Under the pieces are notes generated by a model. The model was not told the DNA's origin. It made no database searches and saw only the letters and a list, made by a program, of their open reading frames with translations. A DNA stretch of 64,000 nucleotides from Octopus bimaculoides (Eukaryota): the NCBI RefSeq assembly GCF_001194135.2, contig NC_068988.1, positions 4,109,249 through 4,173,248 of the forward strand. Direction: 5' to 3'. How positions within the stretch are numbered: position 1 is the stretch's first letter; the number at the start of each line of letters is the position of its first letter. Positions 14,050 to 27,487 of this stretch are shown here, in pieces. The position numbers and the translations under genes are program-made.

Positions 14050-14275
14050 AGATCTTGGTCTTGCAAGCTTCATAGTGACTTCACTTATGCTGGTGCCATG
14101 AAACAAAGCACTTGGTGCCTTTTGCAAAGTGATTGGTATTAGCATGGACATCCAGGCTTAGAAACCATGCTAAAACAGTGGAGTACAATGCAAATCCTTG
14201 GACCCATCAATGCTTGTCAAAATGTCTCACAGATGCCAGCACAGCAAACAGATATTTGATGATGCTGATGATGAT
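14050..14275 (+). mobile_element. RTE-type 3' tail variant (family B2)
   Basis: GCTGGTGCCATGAAACAAAGCAC..AAAGTGATTGGTATTAG..CATCCAG..AGAAACCATGC, ending in a GAT tail; related to the 62505-62720 tail. Confidence 0.6.
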
Positions 14276-14703
14276 ACATATTATCATATATTGGCAAGCA
14301 ATTGAATACTGGTCATGGTACATAACTGATGAGATCAAAATGTTAGCTTCAGTTTCACACCGACCATTGCACCAAGGCAATATTGATATCTCTTCATACA
14401 CACACACACACGCATGTGTACATGTATGCATATAGTTAGTCTGGAAAATGTTCGGTGGTCAGTAACAAAATAGAATGTAAAATATTTCAAGAAACATAGA
14501 CAGAAGACAGTTTTGTTGTGAGATGACCGAGAGTCATAGAGAACACAAGCTGTGTTTTACAACCACATTCACCTATCTTTTGATGTCACCATACCTTATT
14601 CAACCAAGATGTAGCTGTTCGTTGGTATTAATGGGCAGTATGAGGATCATAGTGTGGTGTATGGTCAGTCATTGCCTATTGTTTTATAGGTCACACACAC
14701 ATA

Positions 14704-15070
14704 TGTTGGCACTCTGTCGCTTAGGATGTCGAGGGTTCCAGTTGATCCGATCAACGGAACAGCCTGCTCGTGAAATTAACGTGCAAGTGGCTGAGCACTC
14801 CACAGACACGTCTACCCTTAACGTAGTTCTCGGGGATATTCAGTGCGACACAGTGTGACAAGGCTGGCCCTTTGAATTACAGGCACAACAGAAACAGGAA
14901 GTAAGAGTGAGAGAAAGTTGTGGTGGAAGAGTACAGCAGGGTTCGTTACCATCCCCTGCCGGAGCCTCGTGGAGCTTTAGGTGTTTTCGCTCAATAAACA
15001 CTCACAACGCCCAGTCTGCGATCCTATGACCGCGGCTCCGCTGCCCTAACCACTGGGCCATTGCGCCTCC
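14704..15070 (-). mobile_element. tRNA-derived SINE, family C (relatively young)
   Basis: Reverse complement is nearly colinear with 37643-38027; head GGAGGCGCAATGGCCCAGTGGTTAGGGCAGCGG; abuts a gap. Confidence 0.92.
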
Positions 15071-15090
15071 NNNNNNNNNNNNNNNNNNNN

Positions 15091-15345
15091 ATGTATGTAT
15101 GTTAGTTTGTTTATGTGTATCGATGTGTGCCTCCCAGTATTGGCATCATGAGATAGTTGCAAACAAGTGTCTCTGTCATACTTTTAGTGTCATTTGTTTG
15201 CAATCTTCCACGAAAACTTGTCTGCTCATTAAAAAATATTACTTTGCTTGGCAACAGGAAAGGTGTCCAACCATAAACTATCTGCCTCACTGAATTACGT
15301 GCAACTCATGCAAACCAAGAAAAGTGGATATTAAAAATGATGAGG
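15091..15345 (+). mobile_element. SINE 3' module (family F) ending in an RTE-like tail
   Basis: GGCAACAGGAAAGGTGTCCAACC..TGCCTCACTGAATT..CATGCAAACC..AAAAGTGGATATTAAAAATGATG; same module at 27225-27360 and reversed at 21455-21620. Confidence 0.6.
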
Positions 15346-15423
15346 ATTAGATAGACAGAATGATAAATTGGTAGGTTAGGTAGGTAGATAGATAGATAGA
15401 TAGATAGAAGAGTGAGAAAAAAA

Positions 15424-15459
<36 letters not shown>

Positions 15460-16076
15460 TGTACTGATGTATATTGGCAAGAAAATCAATAAACTAGTCC
15501 TTTTGAAAATATACATTGTATTCTATCAGTGATGCCTACTTTTCATTCTCGCCATTGTAAATGCTATGAACCATGGCCCATTCAAAACTGCTAAGCAATG
15601 TCTGTATTGTTAGCAAAATATGACAGAATTAAAAAAATAAAGCTTTTGGTGAGGTTGTTGACTACTTCAAATATCTATTGTGGCATTCTAATTTCTTGAC
15701 TATGAGTAGAGCAAAGCCTTTTGCCAAGTTATCAAATAAAGAGTAGATAGGGATGTACATTAGAGCCGAGACAGCAAGACACTGCAGTAAATGATAAGTA
15801 TTGATGTCTGAATATTTTACATAGCTTTTGGATTTCATGCAGCTAGCTGCAACAACAACTATATCAATAACCACAAACCGATCAACCAAGCCTACACTAC
15901 TCTCCAACTTTCGTTTTGAACACACATGTACACAGAAGAATATAGACTCACTCACACACATAAGCATACATATATATATATGCTTACACACACATAAACA
16001 TACATCTACATACACACACATGCACATGTGTGTTATATGTGGATATGTGTGTGCATGTATGAGTAACATATATATA

Positions 16077-16281
16077 TCATCATCATCGTTGTTGTTTAAC
16101 GTCTGCTTTCCATGCTGGCATGGGTTGGACAGTTTGACTGAGGACTGGTGAAACCAGATGGCTGCACCAGGCTCCAATCTGATCTGGCAGAGTTTCTACA
16201 GCTGAATGGCCCTCCTAATGCCAACCACTCCGAGAGTGTAGTGGGTGCTTTTACATGCCACCAGCACAAGGGCCAGTCAGA
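16077..16281 (-). mobile_element. RTE LINE 3' end (family B)
   Basis: Reverse complement of the family B tail, with (CAT)n at the low-coordinate end. Confidence 0.85.
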
Positions 16282-18849
16282 TAGGTCTGTATTTAGTTCA
16301 ATACTAGTAACTGAAGTTAATCCAGTCACTCATTACTCTGGATTTACCCCACCACCACCACCAACATATGGGAAGTTTCTCAGTCAGGGAAATATTTTGT
16401 TTTATCTTGTCTGAGGAACAACTGACCACATGATGGATAAATTCTAGGATTCATAAATAACTTAAATTTTATGAGTGATCATAAAATATTGCAGTCTGCC
16501 ATCACTTTTACAAATCATCTTCTAAAACTTGAGTATCTTATTAAAGAAAGATCTGCATAATGTTAGAAGATATATTTCAGAAGGTTAAAAAAAAATGAGA
16601 GAGAGAGAAGTGAATCTGTGAATGAAAGTAGGTGGAAAATAAATAGTATATCAGATTACATTTGAGCGAGATGGATGACAAATGTGATGTGAAAGAAAGT
16701 AAGGTGAAAAAAGAAAGCGCTAAGAAATTTCCAAGACATATATTTTACATGTGTCAAAATTTAACAAACTTAACTGGTTTTATATCTCAGAAGGTATAAC
16801 ATAATGATTAAGATAAAATTTTTAAAAAATATTTTGAAATGTTATAAACTGTAGATAAAATAGTTTCTCTTGAAATCATAGTACTTAAAAGGAAAAAAAG
16901 ACAAAGTTTTCAGAGACAAATCTTGAACAGGTTTTAATGCAAGATGAAAAGGAAAATGTACAGAAGTGAGGTGATTCACAGCGAAACAAGCTAAAAACAG
17001 AGAGAAATAGAGAAATGGTATCAAATCGCATGAAAAATTGTCTACAAATATAAAGCAAGCAAGCATCATGAAGAAAAAACAAATCTAAAGGTAATAATAA
17101 TAATAACAATAATTATGTGGTAGGAAAATGATTTTGTTTTAATTTTTTTTCTCTTTGTGTCCACCATTTTGGAGTGTTTGAGAATCCCATAACATAGGGT
17201 TGAGTCCACTCACAGATAGCTTTCTTATATAAATTCATGACAGCTGTATTCCACATGCAATAGCCAACTTCATGCTTTTTTTTCACCACCCAGAGATTCA
17301 ACACATTACTTTGTTTATAGAGTTATACATTTAAATTTATTTAATATTGCATATTTCTTCTATGTCTATATCTATTGACAGACTGTTTCAATATTTCTGT
17401 TCTTTATCAGAAAAGAGCAACAGATATAACTGCTAAGAGCCTAGTTCACAGATGATGTTTAAATTCAGGTTGTAAGAAAATTATTCCCTTAGCCTTCTTT
17501 TCTATACATTTTCATTTAGAAAAGCCACTTTAGAGTTGATGTGCCTCATAGCAGTGTGCTGGATGCACACACACACACACACACACACACGGTGTTCTTG
17601 TGTAAATTCAGGATAACTTGTTTCAGTGTACCATATGTCAGACGCCAGCATACATTCAAATGTTTTCGCATTATAATGACTGACATAATTTTTACTTTTC
17701 ATATAAAGTTTGCTGGATGGTTTACCTATTTATCACACAAGGGAAAGACACAAGTGTAGAAATGAAACATTATTTCCAATGACTCAAAACTTTACATATT
17801 CACATTTAATATTTTCTGTTTCCTCTTAATCTATATCTGTAAACAGACAGTTTTTTGCATTTTCTGGGCTTCATCAGATTAGAGCAATAGACAGTCAATT
17901 AATTGTTATTTTCATGTAAGTTTAGTGAATTTATTGGCTTCATACTAGATCAGGATAAAAAGTAACAAAGAAAATGATGTAAAAAAACAAAAAGGTAGAA
18001 TCATTCTACATATATTTGAAGAGAAATATAGGAATAATTTAAGATCTATTCAATTTATATTTCTTTATCTGCCAGGAGAAAGTTTTAATTCAGATGGCAC
18101 GAAGTACACTCCATTTTTAGCTTTCTTAGTTTAAAGGCATTTTGGAGTGTTTATCGTCCCATGAAGTTGAGCTTGGTACACACAAAAAATATTCTTATGT
18201 TTCTGGCAATATATTTCTCTGTCCCAGACATCATGGCCAATGTTGTGTGTGTCAGTATTTTCTCATTAGGGCTGCTGGTACAATTTTAATTTATTTTCAT
18301 TCTTCTTTAAGGCAGATTTAATTATTTTTCATTGAAAAAAGTAAAACAAGAAATGAAAAATACAGTCATCTCATGTTAAAGGATTTTCCATTAACAGAAA
18401 TTATAAGCAATGACCTCCAAGATCAAGATGTGGCTTGTACTTTCACCTTTATGTAAACTTGGATAAAATTTGGTAATTTAAAATCTACACTTTCTTCTTT
18501 GCCAAAAGGCTGCTTCTCAGCATTTCAACTAAGATCAAAGTAAACAACAATTTGAAAAACTATAATCACAATATACATATGTATGTATATATGTATGTAT
18601 ATATGTAGGTATGAATGTATGTATGAATGTATGTATGCATGTTTTGTGTGTGTGTGTGAGTCTGAATGCTTAACCATCAGCATATAAGGAGTGTGAGTAG
18701 AATAAATATACAGCTTCATTTGGATTCAGAGTTATAGCCGCTTCTGACAGATGTGACACAAAAGGTCAGGATATCGATGTCCCAGAATGCCATGTTTCAA
18801 TAAATCAAATGTGTTGAACAAAAGGGAGAAGACGCACACCACAGTGACC

Positions 18850-20045
18850 AGCATATTTTGAATCTGAACCTGCCTAAACTTAAGAACAAATATCCAAATA
18901 ACCATTCTAGATTTTGCTGTTGTATAGGACAAATAACCTTTTGGCTTCTATGACAAATTTTTGAAAAAGGAAGGTGAAATTTCTAATGAAAAAATCTTTT
19001 TCTGGCTAATGAAGCTAATTCAAAAGGTTTAGGAAGTGCTCGAATTTGTAAAACAAAAAAAATTACAGGTGAAGCTAACAGTGCTAATACAGGGGCTGCT
19101 ACTTGTTATTCTGTGCAGCTGCCAAAAAAAAAAAAAGATTGCTGGTGAGTAGAGCTACACCCCAGAGCAAATATACAATGTTGATGAAGCAGCATTTTCT
19201 GGAAGTACATGTCTGGTAGAGCTTTTATTTCAAGATTTATTTTAAGGATCTAAAGCTTCAACCAATCGTCTAATGCTTCCGCAAGAAGGAAGAATTTAAT
19301 GTAGCTCTGATTTGGCGTTCAAATAAGATGGTATGGATGACTGAAAACCTCTCTTAAGAGTGATTTATAAACTTTTTTTTGCCAGACATATTTACAACAA
19401 AGCATTGCACATTTTAAAGAATGCACTATGTCACTCAGTGAACTTAATTGATCTTTCTAATATTGTGAGAGTAGAATATATCCTCAAGATTACAGCTTCT
19501 CTGCTCCAACCAATGGATCAAGATGCTGTAAGTTAACTTCATGATATATTACCTGAGAAAAGCTTTCCAATAACTTTTAAATCTACTGACAGGGAAAATA
19601 AACCCATGATTAGAGACTTCTGGAAGAAGTTCAACAAAATGGATGCTGTGGATAACATAGCCAAGTTATGGAATAAGGTGAAATTTTCAGCCTTGAATGA
19701 TACTCGGAAAAATATACTGCATCAGTGATTTTGATAGTTTTCCTTAAGCAGAAAGTCTACATTAAATTCAGAAAGAAATAACAAAACTTGCAAATGAGGA
19801 TGATGTGATTGAGTCTGTAATGTTCCATATAGAAAATATCTCTAACAAAGAACTGATAATGTTAGAAGAGCAAGCAGAAAACACAGATAAGAATATGGGA
19901 AATCTACCACCTCCACTGAAATTGACTGCCAAGAATTTTGCTAAAGGTTTCACACTTTTAGAGGAAGGCCTGCAAATTTTTGGTGACAACAACCCTAATT
20001 GTAAATGTAACATAAAAATTACAACTGCTCAATTCCTACACTGAG
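18850..20045 (+). pseudogene. Tigger/pogo-like DDE transposase relic
   Basis: Manual translation gives KITGEANSA, SYTPEQIYNVDEAAF (cf. GYxPEQIFNxDETGLFW), ALHILKNALCH..NIVRVEYIL..TASLLQPMDQD (19402-19524), RDFWKKFNKMDAV and C-terminal EDDVIESVMFHIENISNKELIMLE..LTAK..LEEGLQIF..NNPN. Many stops and frameshifts; TIRs not found. Confidence 0.85.
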
Positions 20046-21454
20046 TGGCAGAAAGAGATGAAGCATCTGGAACATTAAATGCTCTTGGTTAAGCTCTTCT
20101 GCCTCCATATAAATGTTGGTGTTGAAGTTAGAAGATAGTGCCCCTCTTCCTCCCAGTAACTTATTCTGTGACCACCATCTTTTACATTGTAGTCAACATC
20201 TTTTGTGGTAAGAATATAGCCTATTACAATATCACAATTCTAACATATTTCTCAAGTGTGTCTATGTATATTTGTATTGTGTATGTTTAGAAATTATTCT
20301 CACACACAGAAGTGGTTATGCTGCTTGTTTTCCTTTTCACAAAAAATCTGTCAGAATGCATTATCACTTTATAACTTGAAAATCAATAGGAAAATTAATT
20401 TCACGTTACTGAATTTTACTTTACAAAAAGTTTTTCAGAGATGCATTACTCCTGTAATGCCGAGGAATTCCTGTATTTCTAATTTTCAAGTGATTGAATA
20501 TGATATGTTGTTTATATATTTAAATCTAATCTGTTTAATATTTCCTATTTCTTCTACATTTATATCTATAAGCCACCTGGTTTTATATATTGGTACTTCA
20601 TCAGTATAGTAGTAACTTGTCATAAAGAGTGTTATTTTCAAGTATTATATTCAAGCTTCTGTCTTCATGAAGAGAAGAGCAGAGTAAAAAAAACAAAAAA
20701 ATTAATCAATGTTTCAATTCTACAAAATATTTATGATTAAATGCATAAAGTCTAAAATTGAAGTATAAAGCCTGCTTATCTTTTGTTGTAACATAAGCGA
20801 ATGACAGTGAAAATTACTCAGTGAGGCCTTCTATATGAAAACCATACAGTTATATGTGGGTGAACATAATTCTGTGAGCCAATATATTGTTTATTTACAC
20901 CCATGATAAGTAGGAATATATTTAATTTTAGTTATTAATTCTAATCAAGAAAAGCAAAGAAAATGAGTCCAAAAACTAAATTAATGAGAAATTGACTGGG
21001 GTTATGTAGTGGAACGTGAATGTGATCTTCAATAAGTACAGCAGTTTCTCAGGACATTTTCATTCTTATTAAACCTCTTTAGCAAAAAATATTCTCATCT
21101 GTAGTTGCAGTCACAGGTAAGTCAATAAAAGAGCCTCCACATGGCTACTTGGCCTACTAGAAATAACAGCCAAATGTTCTTTAAATCATCTGCTACTATT
21201 TCTAAAGAGGAAAAGACACATTACACAATCCCATCATTGATATAGTTAAAAACTGAGCAAAATGAATTAAGAGCAAAATGAATTAAGAGCAAAATGAAAC
21301 CAATGGCTTGAATTTTGATTATACTGAATGTCATACACTCAAAGAAAATACTCTCAATTTATTAAAAATTGTTCTCTTAACTGGGAAAAGAAACTGAAGA
21401 TCTGAAGGTGATTCTCAAAGAAAAAGAGAAATAATTTAAGAATTAGTAATTATT

Positions 21455-21860
21455 CTGAGTGTTCATCCGTTTTACATCCATGCTAGCATGGATTAGAGGA
21501 ATATATATTACTGGAGCAGTATTCTTCAGACAGATGCCTTTCCTGTTGCTAACTCTTATCTGTTTTTCAGGTAAGGGATCTCTTGTTCTACATGTCTTTG
21601 AAGCTATATAATGCAGGTGAAGCGACAACAACTCCTTTAACACTTCAGGATTTTGTTGAGCACAAATGTAAACAAACACACATGCACACAATATACAGTG
21701 AATTTGCTTCCATTTCTGCCTACCAAATCCATTTAGAAAGCTTTGGTCACCCATGGCTATAGTATAAGACACTTGCCCATGGGCAGTGCAGTAGGACTGA
21801 ACCAGAAACTATGTGGTTGTGAAGTGAGCTTCTTAACCAAGCAGCCATTCCTGTGCCTCT
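21455..21860 (-). mobile_element. tRNA-derived SINE: family D head + (TG)n + family F tail
   Basis: Minus strand reads TGGCTGCTTGGTTAAGAAG..GGTTCAGTCC..GGGCAAGTGTCTT..GGATTTGGTAG (as at 44665+), then the F module. Confidence 0.7.
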
Positions 21861-22009
21861 CAGGGTTAAATAACATACTTAAAGGAAAGAAAAATATGAG
21901 CTTTGTTTACTAGCAAGGGAGACAATTTGGGGACGTTTCAATCTCTGCAACCTCATCAGCAAAAGGGATTCATGAATGATGGGTGTGATGTAGAAAAATA
22001 CTTTATGGC

Positions 22010-22130
22010 ACTTTTCCACCGAAGGGATGCCCTTCACAACACCAACCACATTACAGAGTGTACTGGGTGCTTTTTACATAGCACTGGCAAGGATACTTTT
22101 TACATGCCACCAGCACGGGTGCATTTTACA
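22010..22130 (-). mobile_element. RTE-type 3' UTR fragment (B2)
   Basis: GGATGCCCTTCAC AACACCAACCAC..AGAGTGTACTGGGTGCTTTTTAC. Confidence 0.65.
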
Positions 22131-22470
22131 TGGGAGCAGCATCTGCAAGCTGAAACCAGGGACCTCTTGGTTGAGGGAAGGAGTGTGGAGCATGGCCATG
22201 AAGGACATGCCTGTACATATGGATGGCAATTGGTGAATGTGCATATTCCTATGTATACTTCATTCTATTCAATTTCATCATAGATTGTTTACCTATATAT
22301 AATTTATTCAACATTATTAATGAAAGACACTAAACCCTATATATATACATATATATTTATATATATATAAGTCAGTAAATAGTGGGGTTGTGTTAACCAC
22401 GCGTGGAGAAATAATAGGAAAATGAAGAATAAGGCAGAATGCTAAATTGGAAGCATGTTTTAATTAAGAT

Positions 22471-22508
22471 TTCTAACCGGCTTTCATTGTGAAGCAAATT
22501 TTCAAGAA
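22471..22508 (-). ncRNA. Degenerate hammerhead-like motif, U3-A8 core variant
   Basis: Minus strand UUC-UUGAAAA-U-UUG(cuuca)CAA-U-GAAA-GCCGG-UUA-GAA; stem I is only 3 bp. Confidence 0.3.
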
Positions 22509-23176
22509 GGAGAATGAAAATGTTTTTTACAAAGAAGTACAAAATGAAGAAAATAATATATAAAAAAAATAATATATAAAAAAATAACTATACCAATACA
22601 TTATATTGTCTTTGAGCTTTTGAAGTTCAATGGTAGTTCATGTATATAATGGTTAGAAAAATAAGGATGCATGAGAAGTGAGAGTTGTNNNNNNNNNNNN
22701 NNNNNNNNNNNNNNNNNNNNNNNNNNNNNNNNNNNNNNNNNNNNNNNNNNNNNNNNNNNNNNNNNNNNNNNNNNNNNNNNNNNNNNNNNNNNNNNNNNNN
22801 NNNNNNNNNNNNNNNNNNNNNNNNNNNNNNNNNNNNNNNNNNNNNNNNNNNNNNNNNNNNNNNNNNNNNNNNNNNNNNNNNNNNNNNNNNNNNNNNNNNN
22901 NNNNNNNNNNNNNNNNNNNNNNNNNNNNNNNNNNNNNNNNNNNNNNNNNNNNNNNNNNNNNNNNNNNNNNNNNNNNNNNNNNNNNNNNNNNNNNNNNNNN
23001 NNNNNNNNNNNNNNNNNNNNNNNNNNNNNNNNNNNNNNNNNNNNNNNNNNNNNNNNNNNNNNNNNNNNNNNNNNNNNNNNNNNNNNNNNNNNNNNNNNNN
23101 NNNNNNNNNNNNNNNNNNNNNNNNNNNNNNNNNNNNNNNNNNNNNNNNNNNNATATATATATATATATATATATAT

Positions 23177-23290
23177 AAATTCTATAATTATAAGCATAAT
23201 TAAGTATTTAACTGCTATTTTTAAATTTCGGTATACGGTGAAGCAATTTGCTGAACTCTAATTATAATTATGCTTATAATCATAGAATTT
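23177..23290. repeat. Inverted repeat, 26-bp arms
   Basis: AAATTCTATAATTATAAGCATAATTA (23177-23202) versus TAATTATGCTTATAATCATAGAATTT (23265-23290); one mismatch. Confidence 0.85.
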
Positions 23291-23414
23291 TTGTTTAACG
23301 TTACCGATAAAGGTTACTTTAACATACTGAACTACTTGGTAAAATTTTTAATTATTAATTAATTTTACTCTTTATTATTATTATTATTATTGTGTGTGTA
23401 TACATATATATATA

Positions 23415-23564
23415 TATTTGTGAATTAAGGCTACCATTAGTTTCATGTAAGAAAATAGGAAAATATCCTAGTGTCTTAACAATTTTTCAAGCAGATCACA
23501 AAACACAAGGATATTTTCCTACTTTTCTTAACATGAAACCAATGGTAGCCTTAATTCACAAATA
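23415..23564. repeat. Fold-back element, ~55-bp arms, hammerhead-like core in spacer
   Basis: 23415-23469 pairs with 23508-23564 (one substitution, two 1-bp indels by eye). Confidence 0.9.
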
Positions 23565-24119
23565 AAGAAATTCTATCCACCAATGCGATGCTGAGCACTC
23601 ATTTTCATCATTCGACATTCACATTGGTTGGCAATGCAAACGGGAGGATAAGACTCAAAACATGAGTATACCAATGTGTATGATGATAATATGAGAAAGA
23701 GAGTTGGGTAAGAGACGTTTGATAAGAGTGAGAAACTGTGCCGTTTATTTGCTGAACCAGCTTTCCAGTCCATTTGAAAATTCCGTCTTGCATGAAATAT
23801 TTCGTATGATATATAATCATTAATTCTAAAAGATTTCGCCAATGAAGTCTCTAAAACAGTTTCTTATAACAATAATAAACATAACCCTTAAATTCTGTCA
23901 CTACAGCTCACCACTTCCCTCTTTTAAATCAGAGAAAACTTTCTTTATAAAGTGGTTTGATCTCAGCTGAGTTAGATAGCAAGATCTCCTATTGTTAAGG
24001 CAAACACTGGCCTTTGTTATGAAACCACATGCCAATACCATTCTCTTCACCTCTCCCTCCCTCCCTCCTCTATCTATAATCTATTAATTGCTTTTATTAC
24101 CTTTCTGTCTAACACTGCA

Positions 24120-24550
24120 TCAATTTATCTTTCTCTCCATCCATCACTCTAAACATCTATTAAACTATCTCTGTGTATCATATCTTTCCAGTCATCAATC
24201 TAAACATCTCACCCTCTCCCTTATATATATGAGCTTTCTCCCCATCTATTTAAACATCTGCCTTAATCTCTATGCTTATCTTTATTTTTTCCCCCATCCA
24301 TCTATTTAAACATCTACATTACTCTATTTCTATGTATTCATACTTTCTCTCCATCCATCTAAAAATCTACACTACTCTATCCTACATATGCATCTTATCT
24401 TTCTCTCCATCACGCTAAGCATCTACATTATCCTGCCTCTGTATTTATCTTTTCTTACTCTCCACCCATATATCAAAACATCTATGTTACCCTGTCTATC
24501 TATATGTATCTTTCTCTCTAAACAACTACGTAGCTGTCTCACCCCCCCCC

Positions 24551-24607
<57 letters not shown>

Positions 24608-24760
24608 CTTTCTTTAATCATATCTACTGTTGTCTCCACACATCTCTCTAAACATCTGTGGTGCTCTGACTCTCTACACATAGATCTTCCTCTCTTTCTA
24701 TCCATTTATAACTGTTGTCTCCACCCATCTCTCTGAAAATCTCTGTTACTCTATCTTGAT
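24120..24760. repeat. Degenerate ~50-60 bp pyrimidine-rich minisatellite
   Basis: Recurring unit TATCTTTCTCTCCATCCATCT..AAACATCTAC..ACTCTATC seen roughly ten times, interrupted by (CT)n(TA)n. Confidence 0.75.
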
Positions 24761-25289
24761 ATCATAATCTCTCATGACCTTCAACATCAATATGTTAAAC
24801 TGACAGTATTTCAGTAAGTTAATAACTTATTAGTTACAAGAGAAATATCTATAGCATTCTATCACATCAGAGTATTGCCATGTTGTGGTTAAAGCAGTGG
24901 AGTTAATGTCAAGCTCGTCCCACAACCCATTAGCAGAGGTCAAGGAAGACTTCATTTTCATGTAGTGTATATTTGGGCCAATCAACTTCAAAGAGACCGT
25001 CCCTCTCAGAACTTAACTCACAGAAAGATGTATAACAGTCATTGATGGCCAATATGGTTTGACTACAATACAATAGTTTTGGTTTTAACACATTACTTTC
25101 CAATTGAAGCACATCCCAATGTAACTCAAAGGAATTTATGAATATTTTCTATTCCCTGAACACACAACTTATAAAACAATGTTAAGTTCACTTTGTTATA
25201 TTCCTCAATGCAATACATTTTGTTCATAAAAAAAAGTTTTGTTGCCAGCAATGCAGTATTTTACTACCTACAACAGTGTTTTAGTACAT

Positions 25290-25480
25290 ATAACAACTTT
25301 CTCATGCCAACCATTCTGTAAAGTGATAGGTATTAGGAAAGAACATCCAACCATAGAAACCCTGCCAAAGCAAACACTGGAACACAACAGAATCTTCCAA
25401 ACAGCTGGGTCCTCCTGAACTGTCCAATCCATGCCTGCATGGAAGATAAACATTAGAAGATGATGATGTTGATGATGAGA
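25290..25480 (+). mobile_element. RTE-type 3' tail (B2), decayed
   Basis: GTAAAGTGATAGGTATTAGGAAAGAACATCCAACCATAGAAACCCTGCC..CCAATCCATGCCTGCATGGAAG..GATGATGATG. Confidence 0.6.
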
Positions 25481-26183
25481 AGGACGGCGACATTTTGTAG
25501 ATGATTTGGTACAGTCCTGCTGCTTCTATTTCAGACTTACAATTCAATTTGAAGTTCAGTGTATCATGTGTTTTGACAATGCATGTAGCAAAAGAGTGTT
25601 CAAACAGGCAACATACTATTGACCCATAGCTTCATAACCAAACACAACCTCATCTCAATTATTTACTATAGTCAAATATAACATAAATATACTAGGATGT
25701 TATCCATCATGGGTAAATATTGAGGTATACTTTCAATGTTTACTTTTGTCCCCATGGGGTAATATCAAGCAATATGGCAAATATACATTATGATTTGACT
25801 TTTAGCAAGCTTCTGGGTGCTTCACTAAACCAATAAACTGAACTTCTCCCACAGCTAATGTGTCATTTACTCCCTCTCCTCCTCCTCTCTTTATGATTCT
25901 TTCTCTGTATGTGTATCTCTAGTGTTTTACTCATTGCCTACCACCAAGCCTAACTCTCTCAGTATCTCTTCTACTGTCTTTCTCTCTCTCTGTTCAATGT
26001 AAGACATAAATGGAGAAACCACCCCACCAACCTACCAACCAGTGCTTCTATTGGCTGTTATCATTCAGACATGTTCCTTTAATCAGTTTATCTTATAAAG
26101 TGTTTTGAGGTTTACATTATTCTGTTGAACATTATACACTGTTTAATTAACAAAGGCTAAATGTATTTATCAGATTTTTAATT

Positions 26184-26232
<49 letters not shown>

Positions 26233-27224
26233 ATACAAAATCCTTCCCCGTTTCCTAGCTCTACTATTCTAACCCTAACCAACAGATTCCTAATAATGAC
26301 TGATATCAGAGTTCGTTTCATACATACCATTGTAGCATTTTCTCATTGAAGAGTTAACTGTTCATATTAGTTAAATTCATAAAAGCAAAATGATCTTTTG
26401 GAGATAAAAGACTCTTTATCTATTTATTTATTTTGATATTTTTTAATAGAATCTTCAGGGCGAGAAAGATTTTTCATAACATCTTTAGTGATTTTTGGAT
26501 TTTTCCTGGAGAAATTCTTTGATGGTTTTGAATTTCAAATAGTATGTATGTGATAAATTTCTGGGTGATAAAGTATTTAACAGCTGAAACTAATTTTCAT
26601 CAGTTTTATATTTTATCGTTTTATGTTCCCTATCATTTTGGTGATAAAACTCACAAACTCACCCCAATACACATCTATATTATATGAATAGTGAGAGTGT
26701 GCACACGTGTATGTGTGTGTGCATATGTACATATACATGTATGTGTACGTTAAACGATGATGATGATGATGATTCCAGTCATACTTGTTCACTATTTTCT
26801 TTCACTTTTAAAGTATGAACATGATAACAAAATCCTTTCATGTCGCAAATAGAATTTATCACCATCTTAACCATACTTAAAGCATGGATACATTTTTTCC
26901 TATATTTTACAAATATATATTAAATAATTGGATTTTCTGTTTCTTTTTTTTTTTTTTTTTTTTTTTTTTGTCAGTGCCAATCAGGAAAATTTGCATAATT
27001 TTATCAAATGGTACAACCATATATATAGGTTTTCTAAATAACAATTCCTTATGATCATGATCATCTTCAACATTTTAACATCTATTTTACCCTGATGTTA
27101 TTATGGATCCAATGAGTACAAGCTGTACAAGCGAACTGCTTTGCATTTTCCTCATCATCTCTATGCAGCCTAAAATCCAGAACTATTATGTCACCAAATC
27201 TTCCAAATTCTTCTTTCATCATAC

Positions 27225-27360
27225 TTGTGCCACGTTAAAAGCACCCAGGAAACAGGAAGGGCATCCAGCCATAGGAAAACTGTCTCATTAAATTCTGTCT
27301 GAGCCATGCAAGCATAGAAAAGTGGAAATTAAAGCTGGGGTTATGATGATGATGATGATA
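27225..27360 (+). mobile_element. Family F / RTE-like 3' tail
   Basis: CAGGAAGGGCATCCAGCCATAGGAAAACTGTCTCATTAAATTCTGTCTGAGCCATGCAAGCATAGAAAAGTGG..(GAT)n. Confidence 0.65.
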
Positions 27361-27487
27361 AGATTTCTGTGAAAAAGGAGTACTACTGAGTACTCAGTTC
27401 AATTCAGTCAAAAATAACAGACAGAAATTAATTTGTCCATGCATAAACTACTTGTCTTGGAGTGCTTTCAGTTTTAATCAATATGAG

